DNA of 64,000 nucleotides from Armatimonadota bacterium (GTDB lineage Bacteria; Armatimonadota; Fervidibacteria; Fervidibacterales; Thermosaccharophagaceae). A program made the translations under genes and the position numbers. The notes under the pieces are model-generated. The model saw nothing but the letters and a program-made list of their open reading frames with translations. It searched no databases and had not been told where the DNA came from. This document shows positions 1 to 8,570 of this stretch, piece after piece; the stretch's first letter is position 1; each line of letters begins with the position of its first letter. The DNA is taken from positions 3,237-67,236 of the forward strand of contig JANXAS010000012.1 in NCBI GenBank assembly GCA_025062195.1, in the 5' to 3' direction.

Positions 1-11
1 TTACACGCATC

Positions 12-1631
12 ATGGTTGAGAAGGTGAAGCGCAATCAGGAACTTTATCCAATATACATTGATGTGACGAAGCGAGCACTCGTCATCGGCGGCGGGATAGC
101 TGGTATCCAAGCTGCGTTAGACATTGCAGATGGCGGATATGATGTTGTGCTTGTTGAGCGGGAGCCATCAATAGGTGGACACATGGCACAGCTCTCTGAG
201 ACATTCCCAACCCTTGATTGCTCGCAATGCATCCTCACGCCAAAGATGGTTCAGGTTCGCCAACACCAGAAGATCAAGCTTTACACATATTCAGTTGTTG
301 AAGATGTGCGTGGCTATATAGGCAATTTTGAAGTGACGATCAGGAAGAAGGCTCGTTCGGTTCGTGAGGATTTGTGCACTGGTTGCGGGCTTTGCATGCA
401 ACGATGCCCGGCAAGACGAGATGGCATACCAAGCGAGTTTGATAGAGGGCTTGGGACTCGCCCCGCAATTTATACTCCATTTCCCCAGGCGGTCCCAAAT
501 GTGCCGGTTATTGACCGCGAGCATTGTCGCTACTTCACTGAGGGCAAATGCAGAGTGTGTGAAAGGGTGTGTCCGGTAAAGGCGATTGATTACGAACAGC
601 AAGACGAATTCGTCACGGAGAGGGTTGGAGCCATCATTGTAGCGACCGGATATGAGCTTATCTCACCGTCTCTTTATGGGGAATATGGCAGTGGCAGGTT
701 CAAGGATGTAATTGACGGTCTTCAATTTGAGCGCCTGCTGAGTGCCTCGGGGCCAACTGGCGGAAAGGTGTTGCGCCCATCAGACGGCAAGGAAGCCAAA
801 GTCGTAGTCTTTATAGCGTGTGTCGGCTCAAGGGATAGGGCGAAGGGAATACCATACTGCTCAAAGATATGCTGCATGTATATTGCGAAGCACGCCCTGT
901 TGTTCAAGCATAGAGTGCACGATGGTGAGAGCTATGTGTTTTACATGGACATAAGGGCTGGTGGGAAAGGCTATGATGAATTCGTGCGCAGAGCGATTGA
1001 GGAAGAGGGCGCATGCTATATACGAGGCAGAGTTTCAAGGATTTATGAGAGCAACGGAAAGCTCATAGTCAAGGGGATGGATACCCTTAGCGGAAAATTG
1101 ATTGAGGTTGAAGCCGATATAGTTGTGCTCGCAACCGCTATGCGCCCCTCGGATGGGTTTGAGGAACTTGCACGCAAGCTGCGCATCCCGTATGACGAAT
1201 ATGGTTTCTTCAGCGAGGCACATCCGAAGCTACGCCCGGTTGAAACAACCACAGCCGGAGTTTTCCTTGCCGGTGCATGCCAAGCACCAAAAGATATCCC
1301 CGAATCAGTAGCACAGGCAAGCGCTGCAGCATCAAAGGTCCTTGGCATATTTGGCGCACCGAGAATTGAGCGCGAACCGACAATTGCAGTAGTTAACGAG
1401 ACGACTTGCACAGGCTGCTTTGACTGTGAAAGGGTCTGCCCATACAACGCTGTTGAGCGCAAGGAGATAAGAGACAGGCGCGGCAACTTGATAAAAGTGG
1501 TTTCATCGGTTAATCCCGGGCTGTGCGAAGGCTGCGGTGCATGCGTTGCAGCGTGCCGAAACAAAAGCGTTGACCTGCGCGGCTTCAGTGACGAACAAAT
1601 TTTTGCACAGCTCTCCGCAATCGCCATCTGA
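12..1631 (+). CDS. hdrA: HdrA-like FAD-dependent oxidoreductase with 4Fe-4S ferredoxin domains (heterodisulfide reductase subunit A family)
   Basis: The N-terminal dinucleotide fold is VIGGGIAGIQAALDIADGGYDVVLVE, followed by SIGGHMAQL and TLDCSQCILTPKM, which is typical of HdrA. There are several CxxCxxCxxxCP ferredoxin motifs (CTGCGLCMQRCP, CRVCERVCP, CTGCFDCERVCP, CEGCGACVAAC). The frame stays open to the left window edge, so the true start may lie upstream. Confidence 0.8.
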   Translation: MVEKVKRNQELYPIYIDVTKRALVIGGGIAGIQAALDIADGGYDVVLVEREPSIGGHMAQLSETFPTLDCSQCILTPKMVQVRQHQKIKLYTYSVVEDVRGYIGNFEVTIRKKARSVREDLCTGCGLCMQRCPARRDGIPSEFDRGLGTRPAIYTPFPQAVPNVPVIDREHCRYFTEGKCRVCERVCPVKAIDYEQQDEFVTERVGAIIVATGYELISPSLYGEYGSGRFKDVIDGLQFERLLSASGPTGGKVLRPSDGKEAKVVVFIACVGSRDRAKGIPYCSKICCMYIAKHALLFKHRVHDGESYVFYMDIRAGGKGYDEFVRRAIEEEGACYIRGRVSRIYESNGKLIVKGMDTLSGKLIEVEADIVVLATAMRPSDGFEELARKLRIPYDEYGFFSEAHPKLRPVETTTAGVFLAGACQAPKDIPESVAQASAAASKVLGIFGAPRIEREPTIAVVNETTCTGCFDCERVCPYNAVERKEIRDRRGNLIKVVSSVNPGLCEGCGACVAACRNKSVDLRGFSDEQIFAQLSAIAI

Positions 1632-2014
1632 GAGGAAGACCTAAGCCACAGCAATAAGCAATACCCGTTAGTAAATCCCGAGGTGAAGGGATAGCATTGT
1701 GCAAATCGGCTCGCCAACGGAAGGCGTAGGAAGGAGGGTGCGGTGGAGAGAGTATGGGGCGACCTTCTTGAAAACCGATTTATCGGCATCCACCTCCCTC
1801 TTGGTAACACCGGACAACGGATTTAACGATTCAATGCTTCATCTTCCTGAAGCTATTAGCGAGGCTGCTTCAAAAGGCTCCTCAATCACTTAACCACCAA
1901 TTCGCAACAGGCTTCGCTGATCTTCACGCCGATGCCAATGCGCTTCAATTAAAAGCAAGCCACCATGGCTTTATCGTGATTGTCTCAACATCTGTTGTTT
2001 TGCCTTCCCATCGT

Positions 2015-2509
2015 TCAAAACTTCTCCCAGTGGATGACTTCTTTTAGCTTCCGCTTGGATATTCTTCCCGGCTGCTCAGCTGGATAACCGATCGGTATTA
2101 AGCTCACGAGTTTATATCCGCTTGGGACACCGAGCAACTCAGCAATGCGATTTGCGTATGGCTTTTTATCACCGGCTACCCAGCATGCGCCCAGACCATG
2201 TGCGTGCGCTGCAAGCAATATGTTCTGTGTTGCTGCGCTGCCATCCTCAAGGTAATACTTAACATCCTTACAAAACACGGCTACGCAAACTGGCGCTTGC
2301 GCTATGAACTTGCCATAATCCGTTTCATCAGCTATGCGCTTCCTCATCTGTGCATCAGTGACAATTACAAACTCCCAAGGCTGGTAGTTCAGAGCTGTTG
2401 GGGCAAGTCTTGCGCAATCAATGATGTCCTCAATTATCTCCCTTGGGATTGGGTCGGACTTGAATGACCTTATGCTGCGACGGCTCTTCATGGCTTCAAT
2501 TGCATCCAT
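2015..2509 (-). CDS. Nitroreductase family protein
   Basis: The N-terminus is RRSIRSFKSDPIPRE, followed by APTALNYQPWEF. The ~160-aa length and these motifs are typical of the NADH/FMN nitroreductase fold. Confidence 0.85.
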   Translation of the reverse strand: MDAIEAMKSRRSIRSFKSDPIPREIIEDIIDCARLAPTALNYQPWEFVIVTDAQMRKRIADETDYGKFIAQAPVCVAVFCKDVKYYLEDGSAATQNILLAAHAHGLGACWVAGDKKPYANRIAELLGVPSGYKLVSLIPIGYPAEQPGRISKRKLKEVIHWEKF

Positions 2510-2608
2510 TGCCTATCACCTCACCTTCTCATCCACCTCATCAGATTAATTTGATGCCCCAAAATCTTAGCCTCTTATCATCACCTAAATGTCAGCAGCA
2601 TAAATTGC

Positions 2609-3196
2609 CTATTGTGTGCGCATGCGCTGCAGCTGCCCCATGACATCCCTAAGTATGTCCCTTGCCTCATTAAGCTTTTGCTGCGCACTCTCTTGCTGTC
2701 CCAGTTGCGATAATAGCTCCTTAACCTCATCAAGGAGCGCTACAGCCTTTGATAACTGTTCGGCGTGCTTAGGTTCTGGGACAATCTCTCTGGCGAGGTT
2801 AATCCAAGGGCGGGCTGATTCAAGGTATTCAATGACTTGGTGCGGTGTGTAAAGTTCGGGGTCAAAGCTAAAGCTGGCGTAGGTTAAATCCCGCCTCGCC
2901 GGCGAGAGCAGCTGCCATGCAGCGTGTGCCAATTCCGATCTGTGGTGGGAAATTTGCCCAGACAACCGTTTCACTTCGTTCGCTGTAATACGCAAGCGTG
3001 TTACCAGCAACCCATTTAACACCAATGATAACAGCGCTATGAGCCATCCTATAATGGCAAATACTCTTACATGCGACGGTTGTTGAACCTGAGCCGTTTG
3101 TGGTGTTACGCTCTCTTGAGCTTCACCGCTGTTCAATCCAGTATTGCTACCATCGGAGTTAGCTTGCCCTCCGAGGGTGTTCCCTTCTTGAGCCAT
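2609..3196 (-). CDS. Hypothetical single-pass membrane protein with a low-complexity N-terminus and a helical C-terminus
   Basis: A GGAGGTG Shine-Dalgarno site lies 5-6 nt upstream of the ATG. There is one hydrophobic helix (VFAIIGWLIALLSLVLNGLLV). I recognise no family. Confidence 0.55.
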   Translation of the reverse strand: MAQEGNTLGGQANSDGSNTGLNSGEAQESVTPQTAQVQQPSHVRVFAIIGWLIALLSLVLNGLLVTRLRITANEVKRLSGQISHHRSELAHAAWQLLSPARRDLTYASFSFDPELYTPHQVIEYLESARPWINLAREIVPEPKHAEQLSKAVALLDEVKELLSQLGQQESAQQKLNEARDILRDVMGQLQRMRTQ

Positions 3197-3211
3197 GTTC
3201 TCACCTCCGAG

Positions 3212-3991
3212 TCATTTGCCTTGCGCCGGCTTAAGCGGCTTTGTGCTAACAAGCATTCTGTCACCCTCAATCACGACGCTCCTGATGATGGGATCAAATA
3301 TCATGTCATCTGGTTTGAGGAGCGGATTGAGTCTTCCCTCAAGCCGCCTTTGAAGCCACTCTGGCACCGGCACAGCATTGAAGTAAAGCTCGCTGAAGCG
3401 CACATGCACCGAACCATCTTGAGCCGGTAAAAATTTCCCGACAGCTCTAAACGGATTGTTGATGCCGAAGAGTGTCCAACGCCCAGTCAACTCAACTTGA
3501 TTGTCATCACGAAACTTCACCTTGATGTTCATGTTCTTCGTGTATTTGCCCTCGGCAAAGATTTGCTCAAAGCTTTGCGGCGTAAAAATAGCATCGCAAT
3601 GCGACTCTTTAACTGAGAGCACAACTAACTTGTCATCCTCAACGAGCATCTTCGCATCCACTACTGGTTCAATCACGAGCGCCTCAAACTTGAGCAAATT
3701 CACGGTCTTGATTCTGACTGGGCTACTACGAATCTCAACGAGTTGAAACTTACCCTTCGCAGTTTCCTCTTGGCTTGGTGATTGAACAATCTTTATATGC
3801 AGCGCTTTAGGATCAACCGGGTTTGAAATGCGCTTGCGAAGGTGCTGTTCAAGAGCAGCTACAACCTTAGCAGCTGTGAATTTATCATCCTGTTCATATG
3901 CGAATCCGATGAACAAGACAGGAGTGAACATACACCATGTGAGGATGATCGCCACGCATATAGCTTCACTGGAATAGGCGTTTAACTTCAT
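3212..3991 (-). CDS. Hypothetical membrane-anchored or secreted protein, possibly DUF2993/LmeA-like
   Basis: I moved the start to the internal ATG (MKLNAYS...) because a GGAGGTG site lies inside the longer ORF, just upstream of that ATG. There is an N-terminal hydrophobic anchor. The C-terminal part loosely resembles LmeA/DUF2993 proteins; that resemblance is from recollection only. Confidence 0.5.
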   Translation of the reverse strand: MKLNAYSSEAICVAIILTWCMFTPVLFIGFAYEQDDKFTAAKVVAALEQHLRKRISNPVDPKALHIKIVQSPSQEETAKGKFQLVEIRSSPVRIKTVNLLKFEALVIEPVVDAKMLVEDDKLVVLSVKESHCDAIFTPQSFEQIFAEGKYTKNMNIKVKFRDDNQVELTGRWTLFGINNPFRAVGKFLPAQDGSVHVRFSELYFNAVPVPEWLQRRLEGRLNPLLKPDDMIFDPIIRSVVIEGDRMLVSTKPLKPAQGK

Positions 3992-4678
3992 TTCATCACA
4001 CCTCCGCACATGCCATTATGTCAGAGTTGAGATGTCATATCAAGCAACACATCTCACTTCAGCATGTTCGCCAATTATAGACAACACATCCTTGATTCGG
4101 TTACTGTTAGCGAAGCCTTATTCACCGAATTAACTTGAATGGGGCGCCAAGGCTGAATCAGTAAAAGCTGTCGCTATTTTGCTCAGGAGTTTGCTTGTGC
4201 TCAGTATACCACTTTCAAAAATTAAGGTGATATCTAACCCATGCAGCGTTGTGGCTTGCTCAAAGGCGGTCGTTTAAATTTCGCCGGCAACTATGACTTG
4301 AAGTCCATAGCATGGTTGCGAAATGTGTTTGCCAGCAACATTTGCAGCGAAGAGCGCAAGCCATTTCCCGCAAAAGCCATTGAGTTAAGCCATTGGTGGG
4401 GTTGAAGTTGGAGCACCTTGCATACTTTGGGGCGATAACTTAACTATGAGGGCACTTTGGAGTTTGTTTTGGGAGATGTAATTCTCCAAATGGCTCTTTA
4501 ATAGTGTGTCTTTTGGTGCACCATCAACCTTCTTCTCATTGGCTTGCAAGAATTGCCCTTCGCATGCGCTACCAATCTCACTTTAGGTGGCTTAAAAGAG
4601 CCACCATACAAAGCGCTGACAACCTTACCTTGGCAAACCAATTTTGACCAATGAGGTTTGCGCCTGACTGCACTCCGC

Positions 4679-5953
4679 TCATACAGCCTTTTTAGCCAGT
4701 TCAGCCTGACACGCAACAGCCATGCCCGGATAGCTCACTCCCCAAAGCCCTTCAACAAACCCATCTTGTATTTCACGCCATTGAGATAACACTTGTTCAA
4801 CAACGCTACTTGCAAGTTGTCTCATCTCAGTTTCTGACACATCGCCGTAGTATTCAATGTTGACTGCTTGCGGGTCGGTGATTGGGTGCCCAATTTGACT
4901 GACCATGTAGCAATAGACCTGCCTGAGTTGCGGCTGTGCTTCAACAAGCCTGTTTGCGATCAGCTGAGCCATCACTTGATAAATCTTGCCGACATGTGAC
5001 ACCGGATTTTTGCCAGCTGCAGCTTCAAGGCTCATCGGGCGATACGGTGTTATCAAGCCGTTGATCCTGTTACCTCTGCCAACTTGCCCATCGTCGCCGC
5101 ATTCAGCACTTGTTCCAGTGACGGTGATATAAATGGTGTCACCTTCGTCGGCTGTATTCAGTTCAATCTCAACCTCATACTCCACTGGGAATTTGATCAA
5201 GCAATTCTCGCACAGGTGTTGTTTAAGCTTTTCCTTCACCACCTCTTTTAACTCGTAGTATTCTCTCACCGACCTCACATACCGGTCGATGAATGCAGCA
5301 GCTATTGTCAGCCTGATACGCCTGCCTGTTCTCACACCCATAACTTTTATGTCCTCGCCGATAGCTGGCAACTCAACTCTCAATGCCGGTGAGTTGAGAA
5401 ACATCTCCGCTTCCTTAACGAGTTGCTCAGTTACAGAGAGAGGCGCAAATGCAACTGCAAGTGATGTGTCATTTGCTCTCGGGACATCACAGCCCATGTC
5501 ATAGTTGGCAATCAAATCCTCGCTGCCTCGCTTTATCCTGTAATCAACCATTAGGGCGCCTGGTATAGGCAGATTTGGAAGTTGCCTTTGGAACCAATTC
5601 TGGATTCCTTGAAGCACCATCTTTCCAATTGGCACGCGCCAAATTTCGTTCTGAGAGCCACGCCACTCAAGCGTTGCTCTGCCGACAAGCAGCACATAAA
5701 TTGGCTCTTCAATTGCTCCGCCACCAAGCTGTGGTGATGAGCGTCCCCCGGCGAGAACACACTTGTCCACATTGTGATGAAGTATACGCCCCGTGTGCTC
5801 GCGATAGAACAAACATAACATCCTGCTGAGCTCCTCTGCCGCACCATCGCACAGAGTATCAGGATGACCTTTTCCCTTGCGCTCAACTATCTCCATCGGC
5901 ATGTCATCAACGACCACATTTCTTCCAAGGTTCACCCTCAGGTGCATCTGCAT
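4679..5953 (-). CDS. metK: S-adenosylmethionine synthetase, archaeal type (methionine adenosyltransferase)
   Basis: The N-terminal motif [17 protein letters not shown] and the overall ~400-aa layout match the archaeal MAT family rather than bacterial MetK. A SAM-I riboswitch lies upstream. The start could be the second ATG at 5947. Confidence 0.88.
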   Translation of the reverse strand: MQMHLRVNLGRNVVVDDMPMEIVERKGKGHPDTLCDGAAEELSRMLCLFYREHTGRILHHNVDKCVLAGGRSSPQLGGGAIEEPIYVLLVGRATLEWRGSQNEIWRVPIGKMVLQGIQNWFQRQLPNLPIPGALMVDYRIKRGSEDLIANYDMGCDVPRANDTSLAVAFAPLSVTEQLVKEAEMFLNSPALRVELPAIGEDIKVMGVRTGRRIRLTIAAAFIDRYVRSVREYYELKEVVKEKLKQHLCENCLIKFPVEYEVEIELNTADEGDTIYITVTGTSAECGDDGQVGRGNRINGLITPYRPMSLEAAAGKNPVSHVGKIYQVMAQLIANRLVEAQPQLRQVYCYMVSQIGHPITDPQAVNIEYYGDVSETEMRQLASSVVEQVLSQWREIQDGFVEGLWGVSYPGMAVACQAELAKKAV

Positions 5954-6269
5954 TACCCCCCGCTAATGGCTTTTAAGAATAAATCGGATTTGTATCCATA
6001 GCTGCTGGGGCATATCCGTGAGTCGCCGGGGCATATCTGCACAATGCACAGCTTCAATACAGTAGGGAGGCGGTTTGACGATTGAGAAATGTGAACGCCT
6101 TCATGTGGCTAACTCACTTTCCCACAAACTGCTATGCCCATGTCCCGCCTCCCCATCTTCAGTCCCGTTACAATGATTGCAAACGCCCCCATTACGACTC
6201 GGAAGCGCCCCTTATGGAGAGGAGCGGGACCTGGGCATTGGCATAACATTTGCCACCTGCGGTATCCCA

Positions 6270-6422
6270 CTCCTCTCATCTCTTGCCCTTGGAAGTTTCA
6301 CATCCACTCCAAGGACTCAACGCATTTGGCACCTTGCCGATGACATGCAGCTACCTATGCCATCGGTAGGTTGCCGGGCTTCATCGGGCGCGTGACCCTC
6401 CACCGCTCGTGATGAGAGGAGG
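6270..6422 (-). promoter_or_regulatory. SAM-I (S-box) riboswitch aptamer
   Basis: The minus strand reads CTCCTCTCATCACGAGCGGTGGAGGGTCACGCGCCCGATGAAGCCCGGCAACC...GGCAAGGTGCCAAATGCG...CAAGAGATGAGAGGAG. The hallmark blocks are present (UCAUCxxGAG, GGUGGAGGG, GCCCGAUGAAGCCCGGCAACC, GGUGCCAA), and a closing P1 helix forms between CTCCTCTCATC and GATGAGAGGAG. It lies on the same strand as the SAM synthetase gene and upstream of it. Confidence 0.8.
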
Positions 6423-6730
6423 GGCGCCTCAACAACATCTTGACCTTACTTCAAAACTCAAAACTACATTCCCAACTTACCGTCATTCATTCAAGCATAG
6501 ATTATGCCGCGCATCATCAAATCGTCAACCACGAACGATGTTCATGCTGCAGGTGTAATCAATGAGAGAGCATCTTTAAAAACACGCTGCTATTTACCGC
6601 GTGGTAGTTGCGCAGTTAGCGTTGTTTTCGTAGTGGCGAACTACAGCTCAACAAAAACAGCGACAAAAACAAATGATGTGGGTGGCTCACTAACTGCCCA
6701 TATCCAACTGCGTAACTTCCAACTGCAAAT

Positions 6731-6759
6731 GTTGTTGGGAAAACATATTTCCCAACAAC
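6731..6759. other. Perfect 12-bp inverted repeat (hairpin) GTTGTTGGGAAA-acata-TTTCCCAACAAC
   Basis: Read directly from the sequence. It sits inside the 2.6-kb non-coding region, and no flanking T-run is obvious. Confidence 0.9.
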
Positions 6760-7199
6760 GCTACAGGCTAATACCGAATCAGGTTTTCAACCACCTTCGT
6801 TTTCTATCTCATCCAATGCACCGCGAACCAGTTGCTGATCCGATAACCAACGCACACATTCTGTATTTGATGCTCACCTTCCCAACATGGTATCTGAAGC
6901 AACGATTTTTATAACCTGTAGTCACTGACGAAATTTCTGAGCGCTGTTTTTAGACATCAGAAAAGTTACTCACCACTGGCTTCCACCGCTCCAATGATTG
7001 AGCACTAACCTTGTAAGAGCTTTCAATAATGAGTTTGGCTCTCATTTATTTCGTTAGAGACCACTGTCTGAAAAGCCAGTGGCATGGACAGCTAACGCCA
7101 TTTTCAAAAACCAAGGTAAAACACAACCTATATAGTGTTGGTGCTCATCTGCCATGGTCGTTTAAACCCCGTCTTGGAAGCCAACGGCATGTATGGCTA

Positions 7200-8470
7200 A
7201 GCACCAAAAAACTCCTGAGCAAAGAGCTGAAGCGCTGACAGATAATCAGTTTCACTTTCTGCACTACCAAGTCAAGTTCAATGTTGAGTGCAAGGCTCTG
7301 AATTCAAAGTTCGCTTTTGAAGGTAAGGCTACCGCCAAGCTGAAAAATGAGTGCGGGGTGCAAAGCACAAAGCTCGTTTTCTTGGGGCGAGGCTACTGCT
7401 GAGCCGAAAATGGTCACAAGACGCAAAGTTAAAAGCTCTACCATTTCAAGAAATCAAAGTAACGCGACCGCCTTTTGAATCACAAAACAAAAACTCTCAT
7501 TATGTAGCATCGTCCCTTGTGGGCAACGAAATTTAAATGACCGTCTCGGACAACCCTTGATGCTACATAGGTTGGATGTCACCTTGACTTTTGATGGTAT
7601 TCATTTCCGCAGGGTAAGGCTGCTGCCGAGCCGAAAATTTGCATGCCATATAGTGGCAGGAAAAGCCTGTCCGAAAATTCGGCAAGCCAGTTGGCTTGCC
7701 CTAAGAAATGGGAAAAATCACGACGGGAAATTCTTAGGGTGAGGCTGCTGCCGAGCCAAAAATTGAGAAGGTCAGAAAATGGGCAAGTTGGCGGATCGGA
7801 AGATAGGCAATGAATGATTCACAGCGCCTTTTGCTACAAACTTTTTTAGTGCTTGATTATCCATGCCACTGGCTTTAGCCATTGGTTGATGACGGGAATT
7901 CATTATTCATTCGGCGAGAATTTTCCTCGCCGTTTAAAGACGACGCTCAGAGAATTCGTCAGCTACTATGGGCTAAAGCCCATAGCATAGTTTGAAGAAG
8001 CGTTCACCAAAAACATTTGAGGCAAAGGGCAAACGAAAAAATTCAGACGCTCTTTACCACGAGCTTTGTTGCTTAGGTTTGTAGTTAGCCACGAAGCGAT
8101 AGCAAAGTGGCGTCAAAAATCCGTTTAAGTTCTTGGTCAGCCACCAAGCAAAGCGCGTCATAAGTTGTTCCTTGTTCCTTGTTCCGTTTTTTGACGGCAC
8201 TCCGCTTTGCTCCGTGCCTTATACAGCCTAATGGGAGGGCGAGGTTCCCGCCGAGCTAAAATTTTTCAGCAAAGAAAAAATTCGTAAGGGAAGGCTACTG
8301 CCCTGCCGAAAAATCAAAACGAAAAATTGGCAAGCCAATAGGCTTGCCCTACGAGGACAAAACGAAAATTCTCGGCATGCCAATGATGTGCCATCCAAGA
8401 GGACGGAAAATCGGAGGGCGATGTTGCCGCCGAGATCAAAATCAGGAAGGTCAACTGGCACATAGTTTTG
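7200..8470. repeat. Cluster of dispersed short intergenic repeat modules (mosaic of GC-rich hairpin motifs)
   Basis: There are multiple imperfect copies of motifs such as GGGCGAGGCTACTGCTGAGCCGAAAA, AGGGTAAGGCTGCTGCCGAGCCGAAAA, GGGAGGGCGAGGTTCCCGCCGAGCTAAAA, GGCAAGCCA(nn)TGGCTTGCC, CCATGCCACTGGCTTTAGCCATTGG and TATGGGCTAAAGCCCATAGC. Spacing and orientation are irregular. Confidence 0.85.
7825..8228 (+). repeat. Composite ~400-nt repeat element, copy 1
   Basis: It aligns by eye along its whole length with 20225-20625. The shared order is CCATGCCACTGGCTTTAGCCATTGGTTGATGACG, GAATTCATTCGGCGA, GAGAATTCGTCA, GGCTAAAGCCCATAGCA, GCGTTCACCAAAAACATTTGAGGCAAAGGGCAAACGAAAAAA, CTCTTTACCACGAGCTTTGTTGCTTAGGTT, GTAGTTAGCCACGAAGCGATAGC, TTGACGGCAC, GTGCCTTA. 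Confidence 0.85.
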
Positions 8471-8570
8471 TCTTTACATCTACAAGCTGGTGCACTAAAC
8501 TTGCTTAAGTTAGGCACTGCCTTAGCCAAGAGCATAAACAAGAGACAAGATTTGAAAGGATGAACAAGCT

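Noticed and set aside
1043-1810. 255-aa ORF antisense to the hdrA-like gene. Similar long antisense or out-of-frame ORFs occur at 13497-14147, 13508-13987, 25393-26113, 31895-32422, 32331-32813, 48266-48781 and 54172-54663.
   Set aside because: All are fully embedded in, or largely overlap, genes with clear family motifs on the other strand or in another frame. Their composition is Ser/Arg/Ala/Leu-rich shadow-ORF composition, and they lack ribosome-binding sites.
6504-6914. 136-aa ORF in the gene-free region
   Set aside because: It has no Shine-Dalgarno site, in a genome where nearly every real gene has a strong one. Its composition is low-complexity and non-protein-like. It spans a perfect hairpin and repeat fragments.
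7861-7885. Cobalamin-riboswitch-like GCCACTG core within CCATGCCACTGGCTTTAGCC
   Set aside because: The heptamer is part of a dispersed repeat module present many times in both orientations. The other B12-riboswitch conserved blocks are absent, and no B12-related gene lies downstream.
7300-8460. Possible CRISPR array, suggested by the recurring ~25-30-nt GC-rich repeats ending in GCCGAGCCGAAAA
   Set aside because: The repeats are imperfect, occur in both orientations and are interspersed with other module types. Spacing is irregular, from roughly 20 nt to over 200 nt. No cas genes are present. The same motifs are scattered singly at other intergenic sites.
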